This document shows, in pieces, positions 27,209-35,318 of a stretch of 46,872 nt of DNA. Positions within the stretch are counted from its first letter, which is position 1. Each line of letters starts with the position of its first letter. The notes under the pieces are model-generated. The model ran no database searches, was not told the origin of the DNA, and worked only from the letters and a program-made list of their open reading frames with translations. A program made the translations under genes and the position numbers. Origin of the DNA: Actinomycetota bacterium (lineage in GTDB: Bacteria; Actinomycetota; Acidimicrobiia; Acidimicrobiales; Ilumatobacteraceae); contig JBJTYE010000156.1 of the NCBI GenBank assembly GCA_046082625.1, positions 1-46,872 on the forward strand, read 5' to 3'.

Positions 27209-27702
27209 GTGAGGCCGACGGAATCGTTCGATTGCGACAGCCCATCGCCGTGACCTATCGATGGTCAGCGGGACCCAATGCGTCCAGTCATCTCGAGGGG
27301 CTGATCGACGGCCGCTTGATCGGCAAGCGCTGTCCCTCGTGCACTCTCGTCTACTTCCCTCCCCGCAACGGTGTGTGTCCGAAGTGCGCACGCAATCTTG
27401 GTGAAGACGTCGAAGTCGGGCCGAAAGGAACCATCACCACGTTCTGCGTGGTGAACGTGCCCTTCCTCGGCCAGAAGATCAAGCTGCCCTACGTGGCCGC
27501 CCAGATCCTGCTCGACGGCGCCGACATCTCGATGCAGCACCTCATCCAGGAATGCGAAGCCAGTGACGTGCGGATCGGCATGCGGGTGGAGCCGGTGTGG
27601 AGGGACCGCAGCGAATGGGGTCCGACGTTGGAGAGCATTCAGCATTTCCGTCCCACCGGTGAACCGGACCGGGACCTGGGTCAGGAATCGGGAGCCAGCT
27701 GA
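27205..27702 (+). CDS. DUF35 OB-fold protein with intact rubredoxin-like Zn ribbon
   Basis: In-frame ATG 27205 (MSEADGIV). GKRCPSCTLVYFPPRNGVCPKCAR provides the CxxC...CxxC, followed by an OB-fold region. Its stop shares 1 nt with the next start (TGATG). Confidence 0.8.
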   Translation: MSEADGIVRLRQPIAVTYRWSAGPNASSHLEGLIDGRLIGKRCPSCTLVYFPPRNGVCPKCARNLGEDVEVGPKGTITTFCVVNVPFLGQKIKLPYVAAQILLDGADISMQHLIQECEASDVRIGMRVEPVWRDRSEWGPTLESIQHFRPTGEPDRDLGQESGAS

Positions 27703-28781
27703 TGGCACGCACATCGCGACGCGACGTGGCCATCGTGGCCACCGCGCAACGTCCGTACGAGATCGGCAGCAGTTTCACCTCCGTGGAGCTGCTCCTCCCG
27801 GTGATCGAACAGGCCATCGTGGCCGCTGGCGTGAATCGCACGGACGTCGACTTCTGGTGCCACGGAAGTTGCGACTACATGAGCGGACAGCCCTTCAGCT
27901 TCGTGGCGGCCGTCGACGCCATCGGAGCCTGGCCGCCGATCGTGGAAAGTCACGTGGAGGCCGACGGTGCACTGGCCCTCTACGAGGCCTGGGTCAAGAT
28001 CCAGACCGGTGAAGCGGACCTGGCGGTGGTGTTCTCCAACGGCAAGACCACCTCGGGTCCCATCGATCGGATCCTGACCCTGCAGGCCGATCCGTACTTC
28101 GTGGCCCCACTGTGGCCCGGATACACGGCCATGGCGGGACTCCAAGCGCGGCTGTGTTTGGAGAGCGGTGTGGTCAGCGAACGGGCCATGGCCGAGGTGG
28201 CACTTCGCAGCCACCAGGACGCCCGCACCAACCCGATCGCCAATGCGCACGGAGGCCTGCTGTCGGCGACCTCGGTGGACGACCTGTTGTCTCGACCGTT
28301 CACCATGGATCCCTTGCGCCGCCACGACTGCGGCATTCCGGTCGATGGAGCCAATGCGGTGGTCCTGGCCGCCGGTGAGACGGCCCGACGCCTGAGTGAG
28401 CGACCGGCCTGGATCCGCGGTATCGACCACCGCATCGACACCCAGCGTCTCGGAGCCCGGTCGATGACCACCAGTGATTCGGCGCGCATCGCCGCGGCCC
28501 GTGCCGGCGCGGGTGACGACCGTATCGACGTGGCCGAACTCCACGCTCCGTATTCGCATCAAGAACTGCTGTTGCGCTCGGCCATGGGAATCGGCGAGGC
28601 CACGCGAGTCAATCCGAGCGGCGGTGCCTTGGTGGCCAATCCGGCCATGGCCGCTGGTCTGGCCCGTTTCGCCGAGGCCGCCGAGCGCATCATGTCCGGA
28701 GATGCCGATCGGGCGTTGGCTCACTGCACGAGTGGTCCGTGTCTGCAACAGAACCTGGTCTGCGTCATGGAAGGTGAGTGA
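27702..28781 (+). CDS. Thiolase-fold protein, SCP-x/Ltp type, non-canonical active site
   Basis: 359 aa. DVAIVATAQRPY..., VNPSGGALVANPAMAAG (Asn where thiolases have His) and HVEADGALALYEAW where SCP-x thiolases have NNNCATGSTALF, so no Cys nucleophile. Confidence 0.75.
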   Translation: MARTSRRDVAIVATAQRPYEIGSSFTSVELLLPVIEQAIVAAGVNRTDVDFWCHGSCDYMSGQPFSFVAAVDAIGAWPPIVESHVEADGALALYEAWVKIQTGEADLAVVFSNGKTTSGPIDRILTLQADPYFVAPLWPGYTAMAGLQARLCLESGVVSERAMAEVALRSHQDARTNPIANAHGGLLSATSVDDLLSRPFTMDPLRRHDCGIPVDGANAVVLAAGETARRLSERPAWIRGIDHRIDTQRLGARSMTTSDSARIAAARAGAGDDRIDVAELHAPYSHQELLLRSAMGIGEATRVNPSGGALVANPAMAAGLARFAEAAERIMSGDADRALAHCTSGPCLQQNLVCVMEGE

Positions 28782-28782
28782 C

Positions 28783-29940
28783 ATGTCCGAACGTTGTGCG
28801 GTCGTCGGAGTCGGTCAGACCAAGCACTCGGCCTGTCGGGCCGATGTCTCGATCGCCGGTCTGGTGCGCGAGGCCGTGGACCGGGCCTTGTCCGATGCCG
28901 GAATCACCATGGCCGATGTCGACGCCATCGTCATCGGCAAGGCTCCCGACATGTTGGAGGGTGTGGTGATGCCGGAACTGTGGCTGGCCGATGCCCTGGC
29001 TGCTCATGGCAAGCCGGTCTTCCGCGTGCACACCGCCGGTTCGGTGGGTGGTTCGACCGCCATCGTGGCCGCGCAACACGTCATGGCCGGGATCCACGGC
29101 ACGGTGCTGACACTCGGTTTCGAGAAACAGAGCGACGGCAATGCCATGTGGGCACTCAGCGTGCCCATTCCCTTCGGGATGCCGGTGCATGCAGGAGCCG
29201 GCGGCTACTTCTCGCCGATCGTGCGCGGTTACATCAAGCGATCGGGAGCCCCGTCCCACATCGGTGCGATGGTGGCGGTGAAGGACCGGACCAATGCTTG
29301 CAAGAATCCGTATGCCCATCTGCACGAACCAGACTGGACTTTGGAGAAGGCTCTCGAGACCCCGATGCTCTGGGATCCCATTCGCTTCATCGAAACGTGC
29401 CCCTCGAGCGACGGGGCCATGGCACTGGTCCTGATGAGCGAGGAGCGGGCCGATCGTCATGCCGGCCCCAAGGCCTGGGTTCACGCCACGTCGATGCGCA
29501 GCGAGCCCACGGCATTCGCCGGACGCGAACAGGTCAGTCCGCGGGCCGGTGAGATGTGCGCCGAGGATCTGTGGCGCAAGGGCGGCATCACCAATCCGGC
29601 TGAACAGATCGACGTGGCCGAGATCTACGTTCCCTTCGCCTGGTTCGAACCGATGTGGTTGGAGAACTTGGGCTTCGCGCCGCGGAATCAGGGATGGCGC
29701 ATGGTCGAGGACGGCGCGACCGAGATGACCGGGTCGCTCCCGATCAATCCCTCCGGCGGTGTCATGTCCACCAATCCCATCGGCGCCTCGGGCATGATCC
29801 GTTTCGGTGAGGCGGCCATGCAGGTCATGGGCAAGGCCGGTGAACATCAGATCGATGGGGCTCGCCGCGCTGTCGGCCACGCCTACGGCGGCGGGAGTCA
29901 ATTCTTCGCCATGTGGCTGGTGTCCTCCGACAAGCCCTGA
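28783..29940 (+). CDS. Thiolase-fold protein, SCP-x/Ltp type, non-canonical active site
   Basis: In-frame ATG 28783 (MSERCAVVGVGQTKH), 385 aa. HTAGSVGGSTAIVAAQHVMAG...LGFEKQ has Ser at the nucleophile position, and INPSGGVMSTNPIGASG has Asn for His. Confidence 0.78.
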   Translation: MSERCAVVGVGQTKHSACRADVSIAGLVREAVDRALSDAGITMADVDAIVIGKAPDMLEGVVMPELWLADALAAHGKPVFRVHTAGSVGGSTAIVAAQHVMAGIHGTVLTLGFEKQSDGNAMWALSVPIPFGMPVHAGAGGYFSPIVRGYIKRSGAPSHIGAMVAVKDRTNACKNPYAHLHEPDWTLEKALETPMLWDPIRFIETCPSSDGAMALVLMSEERADRHAGPKAWVHATSMRSEPTAFAGREQVSPRAGEMCAEDLWRKGGITNPAEQIDVAEIYVPFAWFEPMWLENLGFAPRNQGWRMVEDGATEMTGSLPINPSGGVMSTNPIGASGMIRFGEAAMQVMGKAGEHQIDGARRAVGHAYGGGSQFFAMWLVSSDKP

Positions 29941-29955
29941 CGTCGGGCTTCCCAG

Positions 29956-30756
29956 TCAGGTGCGCGTCCACACCGCCGGACGCTTCTCGGCGAAAGCCCG
30001 CGGACCCTCCTTGGAGTCGTTGGTGGAGAAGATCGGCCAACCGATTTCGAATTCGCGTGCCAGGCCCTGTGTCTCGTCGAGTCCGGCGGTCTCCTGGACC
30101 GATTTCAGAATGGCTTCGACCGCCAGGGGACCATTGGCGCAGATGAGATCGGCCAGTTCCCGGGCCTTGTCGAGTGCTCCGCCATCGGGCACCACGTGTC
30201 CGATGAGTCCGATGGACTTGGCCTCGGCGGCCGTGTAGGCCCGCGCCGTCAAGAGCATCTCGAGTGCATTCGTGTAGCCGATCTGACGCGGGAGTCGGAC
30301 GGTGCTTCCCCCGACCGGGAACAATCCGCGTCGGGCCTCGAAGACTCCGAACGTGGCACTTTCTCCGGCGACGCGGATGTGCGTGGCCTGCAGGATCTCG
30401 GTGCCACCGGCCACGGCGTATCCCTCGACTGCGGCGATCAACGGCTTGTGCAGTCGGTAGTGGCGCAGCAAGGCCTTCCAGTGGAGATCCGGATCAGCCG
30501 CCCATCGTTCTTGATAGGGATTGGGACCCGAATCGCCACCGGCTCGGGCCTTCAGATCCATCCCGGTGCAGAAGGAACCTCCCGATCCGGTGAGGATCGC
30601 GCAGCGCAGATCGTCGTCCTCGTTGAGACGCACCCACGCGTCGGCCAAGCCGACGATCATCGCCGGGCTGAGGGCGTTCTTGGCCTCCGGACGGTTCATG
30701 GTGACGATCAAGGTGTGACCGTGCTGTTCGACGCGGAGATGTTCGGTGCCCGACAT
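29956..30756 (-). CDS. Enoyl-CoA hydratase/isomerase (crotonase) family protein
   Basis: LIVTMNRPEAKNAL...AILTGSGGSFCTGMDLK...AAVEGYAVAGG; 266 aa. Confidence 0.9.
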   Translation of the reverse strand: MSGTEHLRVEQHGHTLIVTMNRPEAKNALSPAMIVGLADAWVRLNEDDDLRCAILTGSGGSFCTGMDLKARAGGDSGPNPYQERWAADPDLHWKALLRHYRLHKPLIAAVEGYAVAGGTEILQATHIRVAGESATFGVFEARRGLFPVGGSTVRLPRQIGYTNALEMLLTARAYTAAEAKSIGLIGHVVPDGGALDKARELADLICANGPLAVEAILKSVQETAGLDETQGLAREFEIGWPIFSTNDSKEGPRAFAEKRPAVWTRT

Positions 30757-30795
30757 GATGAGTTGCCGTCCTTCCTTGGCCCAGTGGTGCTCACA

Positions 30796-30807
30796 TGTGC
30801 TAGCACA
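30796..30807. promoter_or_regulatory. Perfect 12-bp palindrome TGTGCTAGCACA (candidate operator)
   Basis: Located in the 56-bp divergent intergenic region between the crotonase (start 30756) and the acyl-CoA synthetase (start 30813). A half-site-like GTGCTCAC sits immediately upstream. Confidence 0.45.
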
Positions 30808-30812
30808 CAGGT

Positions 30813-32384
30813 ATGACGGCCTCCACCTTCAACCTCGCCGACCTCTTCGAAGCCGCGGCCGACGAGTGGCCGGACCGTCAATACATCATCGACGAACGGA
30901 CGTCGCGGACCTTCTCCGAGATGGATGGTCGGGCCAACCAGTTGGCCCATCATCTGCGAGCCAATGGCGTGCGGCCCGGCGATCATGTCGGTATCTACGC
31001 CCTCAATCGCGTGGAATGGGTCGAAGCACTGTGGGCCATCTTCAAGATCCGAGCGGTATGGATCAACATCAACTACCGCTACGTCGAGGACGAGTTGGCC
31101 TACCTGTTCGGCAATGCCGATCTCACTTATCTCATTGTGGAGCCCGAGTTCGCCGAACGCGCCCGAGCGGTGGCGCGGGATCTTCCGCAACTGGTCATCG
31201 GACCGGAGTACGAAGCGGCCCTGGCCGCCCAGAGCACCACTCGCGACTTTCCGGCGCGATCCGATGACGATCTCTACATCCTCTTCACCGGAGGGACGAC
31301 CGGTATGCCCAAGGGGGTCGTCTGGCGTCACGCCGACGTGGTGATGGCCCTCGGCGGAGGAATCGACATCACCACCAACACCAGAGTCGCCGGCCCTGAG
31401 GGTTTCGTGGAGAAGGGACGCAATGGCTTCCCGCTGGTCTCCTACCCGCTACCACCTCTCATGCACGGTGCCTCGCAGTGGAGTGTCATGTCCCAGAGTT
31501 TCATCGGCAACCGGGTGGTGCTGCGGGCCAAGTTCGATCCGGCCGATGCCTGGAAGACCATCGATGAGGAGAAGGCCAATCTCATCATGATCACCGGTGA
31601 TGCCATGGCTCGCCCTCTGCTCGACTACATCGCCGAACATCGCGCCGACTTCGACCTGTCCAGTCTGTTCGCCGTCAGTTCGAGTGCCGTCCTGTTCTCG
31701 CAGACCTGCAAGGAGCAGTTCCTGGAGCTCTTTCCGAATCTGGTCATCACCGACGCCGTGGGTTCGAGCGAGGGCGGGGCCAACGGCATCACCATGGTCG
31801 GCAAAGGAGTGACCATGAAGGGCGGCGGCCCGACGGTCAAGGCGGCTCTCGATTCGGTGGTGCTCGGCGACGATCTGCGACCGGTGAAGCCCGGAGAAAC
31901 CGGACGGCTGGCCCGCACTGGGAACATTCCGTTGCGCTACCACAAGGATCCGGACAAGACGGCCGCCACGTTCGTCACCGGTCCCGATGGAACGCGGTAT
32001 TCGATTCCTGGAGACTTCGCCAAACTCGAAGAGGACGGTTCGATCACCCTCATCGGCCGCGGCTCGGTGTGCATCAATTCGGGAGGAGAGAAGATCTTCC
32101 CCGAAGAAGTGGAGAACGCTCTCAAGGCGCATCCCGAGGTCTTCGACGCCGTGGTCGTCGGAGTCCCCGACGAACGCTGGGGCGAACGGGTGGCAGCGGT
32201 CGTGCAGCCGCGACCCGGGCGGGTTCCGACCCTCGAGAGCATCCAGGAGCACTGCCGACAGCACGTGGCGGGCTACAAGGTTCCCCGCCAGCTCACCCTG
32301 GTGGATCTCATGGTGCGATCCCCGGCGGGCAAGAGCGACTACCGGTGGGCCAAGGAACGAGCCGTGTCCGACGCCGCCTCATGA
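30813..32384 (+). CDS. Acyl-CoA synthetase (AMP-forming, FadD-type)
   Basis: AMP-binding motif I ILFTGGTTGMPKGVVW. Also GDFAKLEEDGSITLIGRGS...INSGGEKIFPEEVE and a C-terminal K in GKSDY; 523 aa. Confidence 0.9.
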   Translation: MTASTFNLADLFEAAADEWPDRQYIIDERTSRTFSEMDGRANQLAHHLRANGVRPGDHVGIYALNRVEWVEALWAIFKIRAVWININYRYVEDELAYLFGNADLTYLIVEPEFAERARAVARDLPQLVIGPEYEAALAAQSTTRDFPARSDDDLYILFTGGTTGMPKGVVWRHADVVMALGGGIDITTNTRVAGPEGFVEKGRNGFPLVSYPLPPLMHGASQWSVMSQSFIGNRVVLRAKFDPADAWKTIDEEKANLIMITGDAMARPLLDYIAEHRADFDLSSLFAVSSSAVLFSQTCKEQFLELFPNLVITDAVGSSEGGANGITMVGKGVTMKGGGPTVKAALDSVVLGDDLRPVKPGETGRLARTGNIPLRYHKDPDKTAATFVTGPDGTRYSIPGDFAKLEEDGSITLIGRGSVCINSGGEKIFPEEVENALKAHPEVFDAVVVGVPDERWGERVAAVVQPRPGRVPTLESIQEHCRQHVAGYKVPRQLTLVDLMVRSPAGKSDYRWAKERAVSDAAS

Positions 32385-33484
32385 GCGGTCCGCTGGCGGG
32401 AGTTCGCGTCGTCGAACTCGTCGGTCAGGGACCCGGGCCGTACGGCGCCATGATCCTGGCGGACCTGGGTGCCGACGTCGTCGCCGTCGATCGACCCGAG
32501 ACCGCGGCCCGCGTCGACGCATCGCGTCGTGCCACCAATCCCATGATGCGCGGGAAACGCAGTGTGGCCCTCGATCTGAAGGACGCCGGAGATCTGGATC
32601 GGCTGCGGGCCTTGACGGATCGAGCCGACGTCCTCATCGATCCGTTTCGTCCGGGGGTGTGCGAGCGGCTCGGTATCGGCCCCGAGGATCTGTGCCTCCG
32701 AAACGAACGACTCGTCTACACCCGGATGACCGGTTGGGGCCAGGACGGTCCGTGGGCCCGCCGGGCCGGCCACGACATCGACTACATCGCACTTTCCGGT
32801 GCTCTGCACCTCATCGGGTACGAAGGTCAGCCGCCGACCATGCCCATCAATCTGCTCGGAGACTTCGCCGGAGGTGGTCTGGTGCTGGCCATGGGAGTGG
32901 CCAGCGCCCTCGTCGAACGTCAGGGCAGCGGGCGCGGTCAGGTGGTGGACGTGGCCATGGTGGACGGAGCGGCGATGATCCTCGGTCCCTTCTTCGCGGC
33001 GGCCGCCAACGGGTTCTGGGGGCCGCGCGGCACCAATCACTTGGACGGGGGCAACCACTACTACAACGTGTATCGCACCGCCGACGATCGGTGGATGGCG
33101 GTCGGAGCCATCGAGCCCCAGTTCTACGCCGAGTTGGTCGAGCGCCTGGGAGTCGTCGACGACGAAGTGCTCGGTGTGGCGAGACAGAACGATCGCGCGA
33201 ACTGGGCGGCGGCCAAGGTGCGGATGGCGGAGATCTTCGCCGGTCGCACACGTCGGGAGTGGGAGGACGTCTTCGCCGAGTCCGACGCCTGTGTCGCACC
33301 GGTGTTGGAACCGACCGAGGTGGCCAGCCACCCGCACACCGCGCACCGAGCGGTGACGGTCGAGATCAATGGGGTTCTGCAGGCCCAGGCCGCGCCGCGG
33401 TTCTCCCGGTCACCAGCGGTCGCGGGAGTTCCGACCCATCCCGGTGAACATCGGGTGGACGACGTCCTGACGTCCTGGGCCTGA
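32381..33484 (+). CDS. Family III CoA-transferase, alpha-methylacyl-CoA racemase-like
   Basis: In-frame ATG 32381, an ATGA overlap with the previous stop. LAGVRVVELVGQGPGPYGAMILADLGADVVAVDRP and GHDIDYIALSGAL (compare AMACR GHDINYLALSGVL). Confidence 0.85.
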   Translation: MSGPLAGVRVVELVGQGPGPYGAMILADLGADVVAVDRPETAARVDASRRATNPMMRGKRSVALDLKDAGDLDRLRALTDRADVLIDPFRPGVCERLGIGPEDLCLRNERLVYTRMTGWGQDGPWARRAGHDIDYIALSGALHLIGYEGQPPTMPINLLGDFAGGGLVLAMGVASALVERQGSGRGQVVDVAMVDGAAMILGPFFAAAANGFWGPRGTNHLDGGNHYYNVYRTADDRWMAVGAIEPQFYAELVERLGVVDDEVLGVARQNDRANWAAAKVRMAEIFAGRTRREWEDVFAESDACVAPVLEPTEVASHPHTAHRAVTVEINGVLQAQAAPRFSRSPAVAGVPTHPGEHRVDDVLTSWA

Positions 33485-33517
33485 CTCGCGTCGGCGAAAA
33501 CTGACTCGCGTCGGCGA
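33481..33517. repeat. Tandem direct repeat, 2 x CTGACTCGCGTCGGCGA with a 20-bp period
   Basis: Copy 1 spans 33481-33497 and contains the TGA stop of the CoA-transferase. Copy 2 spans 33501-33517. A related copy, (G)AACTCGCGTCAGCGG, is at about 36702-36717. Confidence 0.8.
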
Positions 33518-33691
33518 CATTCGATCAGGAATCGTGTTCAGTCGTTCGGGACATTCGTATCGATTGCATCGGACGATCGAAGGAAAGATGACCACTTGCT
33601 TTCGATATTCGGGCCGTTATCGGTATTCTCGTTCCGATGTCGAACGAGCGCGTTGGACTTCCCGAGTGATGAAGCGCAAAGGTGAACACAG

Positions 33692-35311
33692 GTGGCTGGA
33701 ACTACCGCTTACACGAATCTGAAGCCGCGCGATGTGTCACGGTTTCTGGCTCAAGCGACCTTCGGTCCCAACAGTGCCGAGATCACTCGAGTCCAGAGGA
33801 TCGGGTACGGAGCTTGGTTCGACGAGCAGTTCGGTCTTTCGGCACAGACCGCCCATCAGCAGTACCTGGACACAGTGATCGGGGCTGGTACGTCACCGTC
33901 CGACAGCCATGTGGCGAACACGTTCTGGAAGCAGGCGACGATCGGAAGTGACCAGCTTCGACAGCGAGTCGCTTTCGCGCTCTCGCAGATCTTCGTGGTC
34001 TCCCTGCAGGACTCCACTGTGGCGCAGTTCCGCCGAGGGGTGGCCTCGTACCTGGACATGCTCGGGCGCGAGGCGTTCGGTACCTATCGTTCGCTGATCG
34101 AGTCGGTGGCTCGGCACCCGATGATGGGGATCTACTTGTCGCATTTGGCGAACCAGAAGGAAGACCCCACCCGCAATCGCGTCCCCGACCAGAACTTCTC
34201 TCGCGAGATCATGCAATTGATGTCGATCGGACTCTATGAATTGCAGCCTGACGGAACGCAACGACTGGTGTCCGGTCAACCGGTGGAGACCTACACCAAC
34301 GACGACATCGTCGGGTTGTCGAGGGTCTTCACCGGGTTCAGTTGGGCTGGTCCGGACAAGATCAACGACCGTTTCTTCGGTCGGTCGAGTGCCCGCGACC
34401 CGAACCGTGACATCCTGCCGATGCAGTCGTATCCCCAGTATCACTCGATCTCGGAGAAGCGCTTCCTCGGTACGGTGATTCCGGCGGGATCCACCAATGC
34501 CGATGCCGACCTCGCCGTGGCCCTGGACCGGCTCGCCGCCCACCCGAACGTCGGTCCGTTTCTCGGCCGGCAACTCATCCAGAGGCTCGTGACCAGTAAT
34601 CCGTCACCGGCCTACGTGGGCAGGGTGACCGCGGCGTTCGATGCCGGCCGATACACCTCGGGCACCTGGACGATCGGCAGCGGGGTTCGCGGTGACCTGA
34701 GGGCCACCATCGCGGCGGTGCTGCTCGATCGAGATGCCCGGGCGATGCCGAGTCTCAACAATCCGAACTTCGGGCGAGTCCGCGAACCAGTGCTGCGGCT
34801 GGCCAATTGGATGCGGGCGTTCACCGCCACGTCGGCGTCGGGTAACTATTTGCTCGGAACGACTGACGATCCGGCGACTTCGCTCGGGCAGTCGCCCATG
34901 CGCTCACCGTCCGTCTTCAATTTCTACCGTCCGGGTTATGTGCCGCCGAACACCGGCATCGCCTCGGCGGGGCTGGTGGCACCGGAAATGCAGATCATCA
35001 CCGAGACCAGTGTGATCGGGTACTCGAACTTCATGCGCAATGCCATGTCGAACGGTGTCGGCACCAACCGCGACATCCAGCCCGACTACACCACGGCACT
35101 GTCCCTCGCCACGAAGCCCGACGGCCTCGTGAACCATCTGGACTTGCTGCTCACCTTCGGCACGATGAGTTCTGCGACACGTACTCTCATCCGTGATGCC
35201 GTGTCCACGATCGCGCTCCCGTCGACGAATCAGGCCACGGCGCGACGCAATCGGGTCATGCTCGCGGCGCTGTGCGTGATGTCTTCCCCCGACTACCTCG
35301 TGCAGAAGTGA
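33692..35311 (+). CDS. DUF1800 domain-containing protein
   Basis: 539 aa. SRFLAQATFGPNSAEI, RQRVAFALSQIFVVS and REIMQLMSIGLYELQPDGT match the DUF1800 pattern as I remember it. Paired with a DUF1501 gene, as is usual. Confidence 0.75.
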   Translation: MAGTTAYTNLKPRDVSRFLAQATFGPNSAEITRVQRIGYGAWFDEQFGLSAQTAHQQYLDTVIGAGTSPSDSHVANTFWKQATIGSDQLRQRVAFALSQIFVVSLQDSTVAQFRRGVASYLDMLGREAFGTYRSLIESVARHPMMGIYLSHLANQKEDPTRNRVPDQNFSREIMQLMSIGLYELQPDGTQRLVSGQPVETYTNDDIVGLSRVFTGFSWAGPDKINDRFFGRSSARDPNRDILPMQSYPQYHSISEKRFLGTVIPAGSTNADADLAVALDRLAAHPNVGPFLGRQLIQRLVTSNPSPAYVGRVTAAFDAGRYTSGTWTIGSGVRGDLRATIAAVLLDRDARAMPSLNNPNFGRVREPVLRLANWMRAFTATSASGNYLLGTTDDPATSLGQSPMRSPSVFNFYRPGYVPPNTGIASAGLVAPEMQIITETSVIGYSNFMRNAMSNGVGTNRDIQPDYTTALSLATKPDGLVNHLDLLLTFGTMSSATRTLIRDAVSTIALPSTNQATARRNRVMLAALCVMSSPDYLVQK

Positions 35312-35318
35312 GAGAACT

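Noticed and set aside
33534-33722. A 62-aa ORF in the AT-richer leader upstream of the DUF1800 gene. I considered it as a possible small protein or precursor peptide.
   Set aside because: It overlaps the DUF1800 start, has atypical Arg/Tyr-rich composition, no ribosome-binding site that I can see, and no resemblance to MftA-type peptides (no C-terminal GVY).
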